Shown here: in pieces, positions 12,578-25,019 of the stretch
Layout: the number at the start of each line of letters is the position of its first letter
Position numbering within the stretch: the stretch's first letter is position 1
DNA from: Chiloscyllium plagiosum
Lineage: Eukaryota
Direction of reading: 5' to 3'
NCBI RefSeq assembly: GCF_004010195.1
Contig: NC_057737.1
Location: 24,279,707-24,343,706 of the forward strand
Length of the DNA: 64,000 nucleotides
The notes under the pieces: model-generated
The model's input: only the letters and a program-made list of their open reading frames with translations
Told to the model about the DNA's origin: nothing
Database searches by the model: none
Made by a program: the position numbers and the translations under genes

Positions 12578-12612
12578 CACCAGATGAAGGAGCGACGCTC
12601 CGAAAGCTAGTG
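12578..12612 (+). ncRNA. Hammerhead ribozyme (family A), core U4>A
   Basis: CAC-CAGATGA-A-GGAGC-GAC-GCTCC-GAAA-GCTA-GTG. Confidence 0.65.
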
Positions 12613-13070
12613 TGCTTCCAATTAAACCTGTTGGACAATAACCGGTTTTGTGTGATTTTTAACGTTGTACACCTCAGTCCAACACTGGCATCTCCAAATC
12701 ATGACAACAATTCCACAAACATAATTTGGTATCCTAACTGAGTGAGTATCACTCATATGTTGATCTTGGCAGTGCATATTGGCAAAACGTTTCTCTCACT
12801 ATCATTCAAAATCCTACAATATTACCAGGGATCACTGTTATAATAGTGCTAAACCTGGTGGATTTGTTTTCCTCCCTAAGCCAGATGCTGTAAGGACAGC
12901 ACTTACAGTAAATTAATTAACATGACATTGACCAAGGAGATCAGGTGACTGTGGCAACCATGCAGATTAAAGAGGTATCCTAACTTTCCTGAAGTCTAGT
13001 TCTGGCTGTGCAAAATCTGGATATAGAAATCCATTACCATGTATAAATTATCTTGACTTCCATTTGCTCC

Positions 13071-13274
13071 GGTTTTCTCATACAATCCAAAAATTTGCAG
13101 GTCAGGTGAAGTCGTCATGCTAAAGTGCCCATAGTGTTAAGTGCATTAGTCACAGGGTAAATATAGGGTAGGGGAATGGATCTGGGTGGGTTATTCTTTG
13201 GAGGGTTGGTGTAGACTTGTTGGGGCGAAGGGCCCTGTTTCCATACTGCAGGGAATCTAGTCTAATCTAATCTA
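13071..13274 (+). mobile_element. HE1-type SINE, 3' part
   Basis: Matches 61025-61207, including the (TCTAA)n tail. Confidence 0.75.
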
Positions 13275-15974
13275 ATTTTTATTAATGTACAGTTTTCCAG
13301 AAGTGTCATAATAAAGCAAATTTCTTTCTGTAAAGGTCATGCCTCATCAAACCTGGATTGAGACTTTTGTTAAGTACCGCATTACCTCTCGAGCTCCCAC
13401 AGTAAATCAATTAAGTACCTGATTGCCAGAAAAGTATGTTGTTAACATGTTTCTTTGCTACATTTGGGCATTAATAGCACCAAACTTCACAACAGTGCTG
13501 AGACGGATTGGTGCCAGCACCATAACAAGAAGATTGTCATCTCATTTCACTGAGTATATACCTGATAAAATATTCATACTGTTTAATTTAGTGCAACAGC
13601 AGATAGTATGGTTATCCATGCCGATTTATCATGCTGTTTGAATAGGGCAAATAAAATAAGAAATAGAAGGAAGACACTAACTCGAATTTTGTCAACAAAC
13701 ATTTCAAATCAAATTATATAAGTAAATCTGTAACTGGCAGATGTTGACTAAAATGCAATGTTACCAGTTAAAAACAAATAAAAGTGCAATTTATTAATCA
13801 TAAGAAGTGAAGGCAAATATTAATACCGTGGTAATATAATGGAACCACTAAGGGAGGCCATGCGTGCCAGCTGTCAGAAAAATCTATTTGCTCAGTACCT
13901 TTCCTCTCCCCTTTCCCAGACTCTTTAAAATATTTATTTTTTGAAATATTCATTCTCCACCCTCATAAAATCTTGTTCAGATTCTACTTCCACTGTGGTT
14001 TCTGATATGGCATTACTGTGGATTTTTTCTTTTCAAATTTACTTTACTTAGAAGCCTTCATAACTTCACAGCATCATAGAACTGTGATGGTGTAAGAAGA
14101 AACCATTTGGCCCACTGTCTCTGTATTGGCTGACCAAATGAGCAGTTTACTTGGTGTCACTCTCCTACTTTCTTTCTGTAACCCTGTATATTCTCCCTTA
14201 TTAGATAAAGCCTACCTCCCTTTTGAATGCTTCAATCAAACCTGCCTCCATCACACTTTCAGACAATGGAGTCCAGATCTTAACCACTTGCAGTGTTTCC
14301 TCATGTCGCTTTTGTTTCTCGATCATTTCGCAAATTGGAACAGTTTCTTCCTGTTTACTCTGTCCCACCCCTTCATGATTTTGAATACCTCCATCAATCC
14401 TCTTTCAGTCTTCGTTTTTCCAAGGAACTCAGTCCCATCTTCTGGAATCTACCTTAATAATTGAATTTCCTCATCTCAGGAACCATTCTCATGAATAATG
14501 AATTTTTCAGTGTCTGAGTCACTTTATCTGAAACCCTTATGATTTTGAACACCTCAATCAGACTGTATTGAAATTTTAATTTGGAAAAAGTGCTTGAGTT
14601 TCCATAGCCTCTTTGCTTGTCTGAAGTCTTTCACAAAATATCTTTCATGTTTGACATCTTTCATGAAGCAAGAGATGTAAGATTAAACATGATAACCCAA
14701 CTAAGTGCAAGTTTAGTGATCCCTACCTTTTACTTTTGTACTCTTTGTGCTTTTGTTTAATGTTACTGTATTGCTTAGCACAGAAATGTTTACAATGTAT
14801 TCAGCATTTCATTTGAAAGAAATATCATTTAATGTACAAGTTGTCCCCTTTGTGAAATTAGAATGTACAAATGCGCTTGTTTAAGAATCTTGGCAATTTC
14901 CGTTTTTCCGAGGTGCTTGGCTTCATCTTCAGGAATGCATGCAGAGAGTCAGTGGACTGAATATTCTGGGGTCATTGGGACCCCTAGGCTCGGATCATGT
15001 ATAGGTCCTGACCCTTGTGATGTCGAGTCCTGCTGACTGCATGAGGTTCCTGGAGACAGCCAATTAACAGGCTGTTGGAATGCCAAGCAATTAGAAATGG
15101 TGGGGCAGGCTGCAGGTACAGGTTTGGGATAGTCATCAGCCCAACTGGGAGAAATACATGCTGCAGATGTAGGTGGACAAATGCAAGGGCAACTCAAGGT
15201 GGTAGCCTACAGCCCGGCCAGTGGCCACTGATTTATGTAGGTCCAAGAATGGTATTTTTAGAGGAGAAACCAATGATGCACAGAATTGCTGCTAAAAGGC
15301 TGCCTCAGAGAGTTGGTGGGCCCCATATTCAGGGTGCAGCTTTGAAAGCAGGAAAATCACATCAGAAAATGGTCTCTATTTACGCCCTGCAGTGACATAA
15401 TTTACTGCATTATTGGAGCTGGCTGCCAATTTTGTTCCATACCTCAGACAAGGTGGAAATATATTGGAGAGAAGTTCTCATGCAGATGCTTACTTTTTAT
15501 CAAACTCTCCTGCTTCCAGCACGAATTCCCTGGTGTCAGGAAAATTTTGCCCGGTGCGTGCAAATTGTCATTTTTATTTGTTTGCATTTCTTCTTTTCAT
15601 AATACAGGTCTTTCTGCTATAATGCAACAGTTGCATTCCTCTGCAACCTCTCTCTATAGAAATTCGCGCTGTAGAAGCTTGCTATAAAAAATTGCTTCAC
15701 CCGTTCAGCAGAAAGCTCCACAAATTGTCATCTGTTATTGCCAATTCGCATTGACGAAATGCGTGCTATGCCAGAACGACCTGTATAATCAACACTTCAG
15801 AAAGAAATAACTTAAGATCTGGCCCAACCTCAAGATGACCAAAAGTGTTTTAAAGTCAAAATACTTTTGAATTGGAGTTACTGAAGGCAATACCATTGTT
15901 TCGCATTCCTGTTTATTTACAATGCTACTGCTAATTAATTCTCATATTTTTCTAAAAGACCTGTTGCTAAAAAT

Positions 15975-16177
15975 GGAGTTGAAAAGTGTGGCACTAGAAA
16001 AGCACAGCAGGTCGGGCAGCATCCAAGGAGCAGGAGAGTTGACATTTCCCTGATAAAGGGCTTATGCCCAAAACATCGACTCTCCTGCTCCTTGGATGCT
16101 GCCTGACCTGTTGTGCTTTTCCAGCGCCACACTTTTCAACTCTGACTCTCCAGCATCTACAATCCTTGCTTTCTTCT
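15975..16177. mobile_element. Miniature palindromic PLE-derived element (family B)
   Basis: 13-bp TSD tgttgctaaaaat at 15962-15974 and 16178-16190; about 70-bp inverted arms around a decayed hammerhead (CTGATAA-A-GGGC-TTAT-GCCC-AAAA). Confidence 0.85.
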
Positions 16178-17439
16178 TGTTGCTAAAAATAGATTTGGTA
16201 CATTTTATAAGTCATGCTGATCCAACACTGGGGTATTGAGTTTGAAATTGGTTCTGTCCAGTTTTTTTATAATCCCCACTGTGTTTGATAAGCTGCAATA
16301 GCAATAATTGCTGCTGTTAATCCATTAAGGTTACAATAGAATAAACTCTAGAAATCCAAGCATGACTTGAAATATGCCCATTTGGGTGTCTTTTGGCAGT
16401 GTCCCTGTATCAGGGTCAGAAGTGTCCCACCTCACACAAGTGTGTTGTAACATGTCGAAACAGATTGATAAAAATAAATGTCTTTAAAGATGATTTGTAA
16501 GGGAAAAAGATATGTCCACTTTGAAATGTTAGGGCAAGTGAAAGAACTATCCTGATACTTTCTCATCCTCCCTCTAATTGGCATCATATATAACCACAAC
16601 ATGGTTGTGCCTTGATTTGTCAAACATATTTAGTTAATACTTTAATGCATCACAAAATCCTGTTCACCTATTACTCTTGTGGAGCCTTGTAAGTATGCTT
16701 TGACTGAACAAAGATCTTGTGGCTGTATTAGGAATACATCTGAATAGATGATAACATAAAAGTAGAAGATATTTGAAGATAATTAGTTGGACCTGTTATT
16801 TGCTTGAAAACAAGAAAATGTATTCAAATTTCTGTATCTAATTCTCTATTACTATGACTACCCAGTACAATATTCATATTCCTTGGTGGTTAAGAAAAAA
16901 TGTTCAAAAATCCAAGAAGTGTTTACTGACGATGAGTTACAGAAGGCAGTTCTAAAAATTTGTTTTTTGGCAAGCATTTATAACAGGCATAATCACAGAA
17001 GCCATACTGTCATATTATGCATTAAGTACTTTCTTCCAATTCATGTTACTGGATTATTCTGCCAACATTTCTAGGAAAATGAATACCTTCTGCATAATAC
17101 AAGTAAATACAATAGCTGTCAAACTGATTGTTAGTATGTTTCAAGTGAATAATGTGTACATTGCAAGCTCATCCATCAATTCAACATGTTCTGAATGAGG
17201 GACAATTGCTTTGGATGGCATAACATTGGTTTGAGGAATGAACCAGAGAATTGCTGACACCTCTTTTGTTCAGTAGAAATAGAAGCAGTATGTATCCATT
17301 CTTCCTGTCTGCAAAGAGCAAGCTTGTGTATTAGCATATGATGCTTCCTGTCCACACCAGTATACTATACAACAAGTTTGACTGACAATTTTAAATGGTT
17401 GTCAGCGTAAATCTTGGCACTCTCAGGAATGTTTAGTAC

Positions 17440-18375
17440 AGCATGCGTTCTAAACAGACCTTTTGGTCCAATTCATCGACACTGATCAGATATGCTAAAC
17501 TGATCTAGTCCTATTTGCCAGCATTTGGCCTATATCCTTCCAAACCCTTCCTATTCATGTAACCACACAGGTGCTTTAAAATGTTGCAATTGTACCCACC
17601 TCCTCTGGCAGCTCATTCCATACATGCACCACCCTCTGCGTGAAAATGTTGCCCCTCAGCTCCCCTTTAAATCTTTACCCTCTCATCTTAAACCTATGAG
17701 GTCCAATCATAGAACCATAAAATGCTTACGGTGTGGAAACAGGCCATTTGGCTCAACACGACCACACCAACCCTCTGAACAGTATCCCACACAGAATCAT
17801 TCCCCCACCCTCTTACTCTACATTTCCCCTGACTAATGCACCCACCCTACACATCCCTGAACACAATGGGCAATTTAATATGGCCAATTCACCTAATCTG
17901 GATTAGTGGTGCTGGAAAAGCACAGCAGTTCAGGCAGCATCCGAGGAGAAATAAAATCCACGTTTCGGGCAAAAGCCCTTCTTAGATTTTACCCAATTCA
18001 CCTAATCTGCACATCTTTGGACTGTGGGAGGAAACCAGAACACCTAGAGGAAACCCACGCAGACATGGAGAGAATGTGCAAACTCCACACAGACAGTCGC
18101 CCGAGGCTGGAATCAAACCCAAGTTCCTGGCGCTGTGAGGCAGCAGTGCTGACCACTAAGCCACAGTGCAGTTTTGGACACCCTGATCCTGGGTAAAATA
18201 TGTTAACTATTCATCCTATCTGTGCTCCTCATGATTTTAGGAACCTCTATAAGGTCACCCCTCAGCTGCAGCTCAAGCTCTCCAACCCTGGTCACAGCCT
18301 TGTAAATCTTTTCTGAACCCTCTCAAGTTTCACATCTTTTCTATAGCTGGGAGACCAGAATTGAATGCAGTATTG
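17440..18375 (-). mobile_element. Nested cluster: CR1/HER1 3' end containing an HE1 SINE (about 17708-18170), which contains a PLE terminus (17901-17992)
   Basis: Matches other in-window CR1 and SINE copies; 17-bp TSD ccaattcacctaatctg at 17884-17900 and 17993-18009. Confidence 0.8.
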
Positions 18376-19767
18376 AACATGAGCGCTAAATCACATCTAA
18401 TGCTGGATATTTTGTTTCAAGTTTTGCATGTGCAGGATGGTTGTGTCCAGTCAGAACCTTGCCTGTTGTGAGCAGCCAAGGGACATGTTAAATGCAATGT
18501 ACCAGCAGTGTCTTGGATGTACTGCCTAGCATCATGAAGTAAATTGCAAAGATAAAAGTAGCTATAATGCATTTTGACACTGTGTAATACAATAATACCG
18601 ACTTCATTAGTAAGTGTGTAGAAGAATGCGTGCCGAAGAAGTTAATCCAAGTATTCCCCCACCCAAAATCATAGATCTACTGAAGTCCAGGTCTGAGGTG
18701 TTCTAGTCGGGTGACCCTGACCTGTACAGGAAATCCAGGCATGACCTTCGCAAAGCCATCAGAAACTCCAAAAGGCAATACCAAACTAAACTTGAGACTG
18801 AGACTAACCACACAGACACTCGTCTTTTGTGGTAAGGCTTACACTACATAACGGGCTATAAAGCAAAGTTGAACAGAGTTGCAGGCAACAATGCTGCCCT
18901 ACCTGATGATGTAGTGGATTCTACACTAGCTTCAAACAGAAGATCAGTGAAACAATGTCACCTGTCTCAACAGACTCAAATGCACTTGTACTCACGGTCA
19001 CCACCACAGATGTTAGATCGACCTTTTTAAAAGTAAACCCACAAAAATGACTCACCCAAATGGAGTGCCCAGCCATGCACTCAGATCCTGTGCAGACCAG
19101 ATGGCAGGCGTATTCACAGACATCTTTAACATTTCCTTACTACGATCTGAAGTCTTCACCTGCTTCTGGAAGACCACGAACATCCTTGGTGCCAAAGATA
19201 ATTCATGGAGCGTACCTCAATGACTTCCACCCAGTGGCTTTGACCTCGATAATGATGAAATGCTTCAATAGGTTAGTTGTAGTTCACATCAGCTCTAGCT
19301 TCCCAGATTGCCTGGATCCTTTGCAATTAGCCTTCCACTGCAACAGGCCCACAACAGATGCCAGCTCCATGGCCTTGCACTCATGCCTGGAACATCTGGA
19401 TACCTACATCAGGCTCCTACCTATTGACTACAGCTCCGCCTTCACGCCATAATTCCAAACAAATTCGTCTTCAAACTATGCAACATAGGTCTCAGCTACC
19501 CTATCTGTAAGTGGATCCTTGACTTCCTGACCCTTGGAGTGCAGTCAGTAAGAAAATTTGAGAGAAAGTGAGAACTGCAGATGCTGGAGATCAGAGCTGA
19601 AAATGTGTTGCTGGAAAAGCGCAGCAGGTCAGGCAGCATCCAGGTGGTGGTGAATGGTGAAGGATTTTGGTGGGGTGCCAATCAAGCCTGGACTGTGTCA
19701 AGATTCTGAGCTGAAAATGTGTTGCTGGAAAAGCGCAGCAGGTCAGGCAGCATCCAAGGAACAGGAG

Positions 19768-19803
19768 AATCCATGTTTCAGGCATAGGCCCTTCTTCAGG
19801 AAT
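19768..19803 (-). ncRNA. Hammerhead ribozyme-like motif (family B), partly decayed
   Basis: Minus strand reads ATTC-CTGAAGA-A-GGGC-CTAT-GCCT-GAAA-CATG-GATT; the cleavage triplet is altered. Confidence 0.55.
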
Positions 19804-19958
19804 GAGGAAAGTATGTCCAGCAGGCTAAGATGAAAGGTAGGGAGGAGGGACTTGGGGGAGGGGCGTTGGAAATGCGATAGGTGGAAGGTGATCAAGGTGA
19901 GGGTGATAGGCCGGAGTGGGGTGGGGGCGGAGAGGTCAGGAAGAAGATTGCAGGTTAG

Positions 19959-20920
19959 NNNNNNNNNNNNNNNNNNNNNNNNNNNNNNNNNNNNNNNNNN
20001 NNNNNNNNNNNNNNNNNNNNNNNNNNNNNNNNNNNNNNNNNNNNNNNNNNNNNNNNNNNNNNNNNNNNNNNNNNNNNNNNNNNNNNNNNNNNNNNNNNNN
20101 NNNNNNNNNNNNNNNNNNNNNNNNNNNNNNNNNNNNNNNNNNNNNNNNNNNNNNNNNNNNNNNNNNNNNNNNNNNNNNNNNNNNNNNNNNNNNNNNNNNN
20201 NNNNNNNNNNNNNNNNNNNNNNNNNNNNNNNNNNNNNNNNNNNNNNNNNNNNNNNNNNNNNNNNNNNNNNNNNNNNNNNNNNNNNNNNNNNNNNNNNNNN
20301 NNNNNNNNNNNNNNNNNNNNNNNNNNNNNNNNNNNNNNNNNNNNNNNNNNNNNNNNNNNNNNNNNNNNNNNNNNNNNNNNNNNNNNNNNNNNNNNNNNNN
20401 NNNNNNNNNNNNNNNNNNNNNNNNNNNNNNNNNNNNNNNNNNNNNNNNNNNNNNNNNNNNNNNNNNNNNNNNNNNNNNNNNNNNNNNNNNNNNNNNNNNN
20501 NNNNNNNNNNNNNNNNNNNNNNNNNNNNNNNNNNNNNNNNNNNNNNNNNNNNNNNNNNNNNNNNNNNNNNNNNNNNNNNNNNNNNNNNNNNNNNNNNNNN
20601 NNNNNNNNNNNNNNNNNNNNNNNNNNNNNNNNNNNNNNNNNNNNNNNNNNNNNNNNNNNNNNNNNNNNNNNNNNNNNNNNNNNNNNNNNNNNNNNNNNNN
20701 NNNNNNNNNNNNNNNNNNNNNNNNNNNNNNNNNNNNNNNNNNNNNNNNNNNNNNNNNNNNNNNNNNNNNNNNNNNNNNNNNNNNNNNNNNNNNNNNNNNN
20801 NNNNNNNNNNNNNNNNNNNNNNNNNNNNNNNNNNNNNNNNNNNNNNNNNNNNNNNNNNNNNNNNNNNNNNNNNNNNNNNNNNNNNNNNNNNNNNNNNNNN
20901 NNNNNNNNNNNNNNNNNNNN
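19959..20920. other. Assembly gap (962 N)
   Basis: Run of N. Confidence 1.
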
Positions 20921-21020
20921 CCCTCACCTTGACCTCCCTCCACCTATCGCATTTCCAAAGCCCCTCCCCCAAGTCCCTCCTCCCTACCTTTCATCTTAGC
21001 CTGCTGGACACACTTTCCTC

Positions 21021-21056
21021 ATTCCTGAAGAAGGGCTTATGCCCGAAACGTTGATT
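21021..21056 (+). ncRNA. Minimal hammerhead ribozyme (family B)
   Basis: ATTC-CTGAAGA-A-GGGC-TTAT-GCCC-GAAA-CGTT-GATT; palindromic ACGT stem III. Confidence 0.72.
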
Positions 21057-21708
21057 CTCCTGTTCCTTGGATGCTGCCTGACCTGCTGCGCTTTTCCAGC
21101 AACACATTTTCAGTCAGTAAGAATAGGCAACAACACCTCCTCCACGATAATCCTCAACACGAGTGTCCCAGAGGCTGGGAACTCAGACCCCAACGATACC
21201 CCTTACAGACTCATGACTGTGTGGCCAAATTCCCACCCAACTCCATTTACAAGTTTGCTGACAACACTACCATTGTATGTTGGATCTCAAACAATGATAA
21301 GATAGACAACAGGAAAGAGATTGTGTCCTTAGTGTCATGGTCGAAAGGTAATAATCTCTCCATCAAAGTCAGCAAAATGGAGGAGCTGGTCATTGACTTC
21401 AGGAAGTGGAGTGGAGGATATACCCATTTCTGTATCAATGGTGCTGAGGTAGAGATGGTTGACATTATCAATGTCTTGGGAGAGATGATCACCAACAATG
21501 TGTCCTGGTCCACCTAAGCTGACGCGACAATCGAGAAAGCACAACAATGTCTCGACTTCGTTAGGAGGCTAAGGAGATTCGGCATGTCCACAAGGACTAT
21601 TACCAATTTTTACAGATGCATCACAGAAAGCATCCTATCTGGGTACATCACAGCATGGTATAGCAACTACTCTTCCCAAGACAGCAAGAAACTACAAAGC
21701 CCAGTTCT

Positions 21709-21904
21709 TCACACAAACCAGCCTTCTATCCATTGACTCCATTTATAATTCCCACTGTCTCCAGAAAGCAACCAATGTAATCAAAGACCCTTCCCATCCT
21801 AGTTATTCTCACTCTACCCTCTTTCTTCGGGGCAGAAGATAAAAAAAGTTTGAAAATACATACAAGCAGATTTAAGAAGAGCTTCTTCCCTGCTGTCATC
21901 GAAC
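21709..21904 (+). repeat. 196-bp inverted repeat, arm 1 (inside the LINE)
   Basis: Reverse complement of 22861-23056 with about 5 mismatches. Confidence 0.92.
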
Positions 21905-22192
21905 CTTTGAATGGACCTCTCAAATGTTAATATCAATCTCTCTCTCTCTCTGCAACTTCTCTGTGGTTGGAATGCTGTATTCAGCTTTCTGTTCTGCTAC
22001 CCTGATGCACTTTGTAGATAAGATCTGTCTATACAGCACGCAAAACAATTCTTACCACTACATCTTGGTACATGTGATAACAATAAATCAAATCATTTTA
22101 ATCTCACAGATGACCTAATGTATTATGAAACATTGCTTTAGTTTCTAAAACAGCAGGGGGATTGTCTAACAAATATATTCTAATCCTTACAG

Positions 22193-22376
22193 GCCAGTAT
22201 ATTACTGGGAAATGTCCATATTATGGAATCTTTCGATTCCGATTCTGGCAATTTGGGAAATGGGTAGAAATTTTGGTGGATGATTATTTGCCAACAAGAA
22301 ATGGACGACTTATTTATGCCAGATCAGAAGCTGAGAATGAATTCTGGCCGTCGCTTTTTGAAAAGGCATTTGCAAA
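22193..22376 (+). CDS. Calpain exon (YGIFRFRFWQFGKWVEILVDDYLP...EFWPSLFEKAFAK)
   Basis: Hallmark calpain motifs; acceptor cag, donor AA|gtaagt; phase 1/2. Confidence 0.97.
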
Positions 22377-22860
22377 GTAAGTGCATTTAAACAATTCATT
22401 GTAAATAATGTGTTTCGCTGTTTTTAAATATACCTATTCCAAATGCACTATGATGTAGTGATGTACAGCATAAATCACTATTCTGGAAACTCTGTCCCCC
22501 GAAGACTAGAATTTTCTGCTGTGTGGTCTAGGCAACAGAAATGCATCTTCAGAAAACCAATTGTGTATTCAATGATGATCGTGGTGGATCAGTGGGCAGC
22601 ATTGTAACACTGTTTAACGTCTAGCTGAAGATTGTACACTGGTGGCATTAGTTATGCCTTCTGGGGCTAACTCTTGTTACCCATGAGGCAGCTCTGGAGA
22701 TAATGGGGTGGACTACAAGTATTTGCCAAACCTGGGACTTGTGCAGTATGTAAGCGTTGTGACAGCTCCCTGGATAGGGTGCTCACACACACAGAATTTG
22801 CTGTCTGTGGTCACTAACAACGTGAACATTGAGGGAATGAAATTGCTTCCTGTTGAGAAA

Positions 22861-23056
22861 GTTCGATGACAGCAGGGAAGAAGCTCTTCTTAAATCTGCT
22901 TGTATGTATTTTCAAACTTTTTTTATCTTCTGCCCCGAAGATAGAGGGTAGAGTGAGAATAACTAGGATGGGAAGGGTCTTTGATTATGTTGGTTGCTTT
23001 CCGGAGACAGTGGGAATTATAAATGGAGTCAATGGATAGAAGGCTGATTTGTGTGA
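22861..23056 (-). repeat. 196-bp inverted repeat, arm 2
   Basis: Inverse of 21709-21904. Confidence 0.92.
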
Positions 23057-24446
23057 GCTCTAAGTGCCACATGTCAGTAGTTGAGGCCTCATGCTCCAAG
23101 AGTCTGCTGTCTTTGGTACCCTGGCTCTCTGTGTCCATGGTGAACTGGAAAATGTGCATTGTTTTCCTGCCAAGGGCATTTGTAAAGGCTTGAAATGAGA
23201 GGGTAAACAGACAGAAATCATTGTCCATATTGGCACAAATGACACAGGAAGGAAAAGTGACAAGGTCCTGCAATGTCAAACAGAGAGTTAGGTAGTAAAC
23301 CAAAAAGCTGGACCTCTAGAATAGTCATCTCAGGGTCTCTCCCTGTGCTACATGTTACTGAGGCTAGGAACAGAGACATAGTACAATTGAGCATGTGGCT
23401 AAAGAGCTGGTGTAGTGGGGAGGCTTCAAATATTTGGATCATTGAGAAGGTTTCCATGGAAGGTTCGACCTGTTCAATAAGGACGACTTGCACCTAAACT
23501 GGAGGGGCACCAGTATCCCGGCAGAAAGGTTTAGCACTGCTACTCAGGAGGGTTTAGACTAATGTGGCAGGGGTGTGAGAATCAGAACAGCAGGTCAGTA
23601 ACTATAGAGACGGGAGAAGAGCTTGAATCTAAGGCAAAATAGCGAGGAGGAATAGAAGTCAGAGAGAGGTTGCTGAGATCAGCGGAATAGGAAGCTTGGA
23701 TTGTATTTGCTTCCATGCAAGAAGTGTAACAGGTAAGATGGATGAAATTAGAGCTGGATAAATGAATGCAATTTTGATATTGATGCTATCACAGACACAT
23801 GCTTGAAAGACGCTCAGGATTGTTAGGTTAATGTTCTGGGATATTGATGTTTCAGACAAGACAGAGAAGGAAACAAAAGAGGTGGAAGAGTTGCATTACT
23901 GGTTAGATAGCATATCACAGAGGTGTTGACGGAGGACAACCTGGAGGGATCTTGCAGCAAGGCATTATGGATAGAGCTCAGGATTAGGAAGGGCGCAACC
24001 ACAGTGCTGGGATTGGGCTAAACACCTCCCAGCTACCAGCAGGAGATAGAGGAAGAGATATATAATCAGATTCTGGAAAGATGTGAAAGTAACAGAGTTG
24101 TTGTGTTGAGTGATTTTACCTTTGACTGGGATTCCTTTAATGCCAGGGTTTGGATAGGAAGCAATTTGTAAAGCATGCCCTTGAGGATTTTTTGAAACAG
24201 TATGTGGCTAGTCCAACGAGGGAGGGGGCTATACTGGACCTGGTATTGGGAGATGAGACCGACCAAGTGATCAAAAATTGAGTGGGGTAACATTTGTGAA
24301 TAATGAGCATAATTCTATATGCTTCCAGATACTTATGGATAAGGACAAGAGTAGATCTTGGATAAAGTGGTTAAATTGAGTAAGGCCAACTATAACCGAA
24401 ATAGAATCGGAGAATGTGGATTGGGGAATGGCTGGTTAAGAGTGAC

Positions 24447-24795
24447 ATAGAATCCATACAGTGTGGATGCAGGCCATTTGGCCCACTGAGTCCACACTCA
24501 CTCTCTCAACAGCATCCCACCCAGACCCTACACCTCCACCCTATCCCTGTAACCTTACATTTCCCATGGCTATTCCACCTAGCCTACATCCCATATGGGC
24601 AATTTATCATGGCCAATCCACCTAACCTGCACATCTTTGGACTGTGGGAGGAATTTGGAGTGCCCAGACGAAACCCACATAGACACAGGGAGAATGGTCA
24701 AACTCCACAAAAACAATTGCCCGCTGGTGGAATCGAATCAGGGTGCTTGGTTCAATGAGGCAGCAGTGCTAACCACTGGGCCACTGTACCACCAC
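24447..24795 (-). mobile_element. HE1-type SINE inserted in the CR1
   Basis: Homologous to the other in-window copies. Confidence 0.85.
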
Positions 24796-24955
24796 TAATG
24801 GGGGAGTCTTTTAAAAGACCAATTGACACAGTGCAGGACAGACATGTTCCTGTGAAAATGAAGGACAGGAATGGCAGAATTTAGGATTCTCGAATGACAG
24901 GGGAGATTTTCAGCTTAGTCAGAAAAATGGAAGTATACCTAAGGTCTAGGCAACT

Positions 24956-25019
24956 AGATTTGTAGCTCGGGTGCTCGTTGTTGTGGTTCTGTTCGCCGAG
25001 CTGGAAGTTTTTGTTGCAA
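24956..25019 (-). mobile_element. 64-bp PLE (family C) terminal fragment
   Basis: Identical to 26214-26277. Confidence 0.9.

Larger units (their letters stand above)
11389..12706. mobile_element. Composite PLE insertion with inverted pseudo-LTRs and a nested second PLE
   Basis: TSD acaatt(t/c)cacaaa at 11376-11388 and 12707-12719; 12342-12663 is the inverse of the left arm; an extra 31-bp inverted copy lies at 12215-12245. Confidence 0.85.
19555..21110. mobile_element. PLE (family B) with inverted pseudo-LTR arms spanning the assembly gap
   Basis: 13-bp TSD cagtcagtaagaa at 19542-19554 and 21111-21123; about 19710-19901 is the inverse of 20921-21113. Confidence 0.85.
18610..22095 (+). mobile_element. 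Decayed Rex1/Babar-like LINE (RT region to 3' end), interrupted by a PLE and the gap
   Basis: LNDFHPVALTSIMMKCF..LDPLQLAF..NRPTTDA and YKFADNTTIV...KMEELVIDFRK motifs; AATAAATCAAATCA tail. Confidence 0.8.

Noticed and set aside
19743-21054. Four 335-409 aa ORFs
   Set aside because: Artefacts of translating through the N gap.
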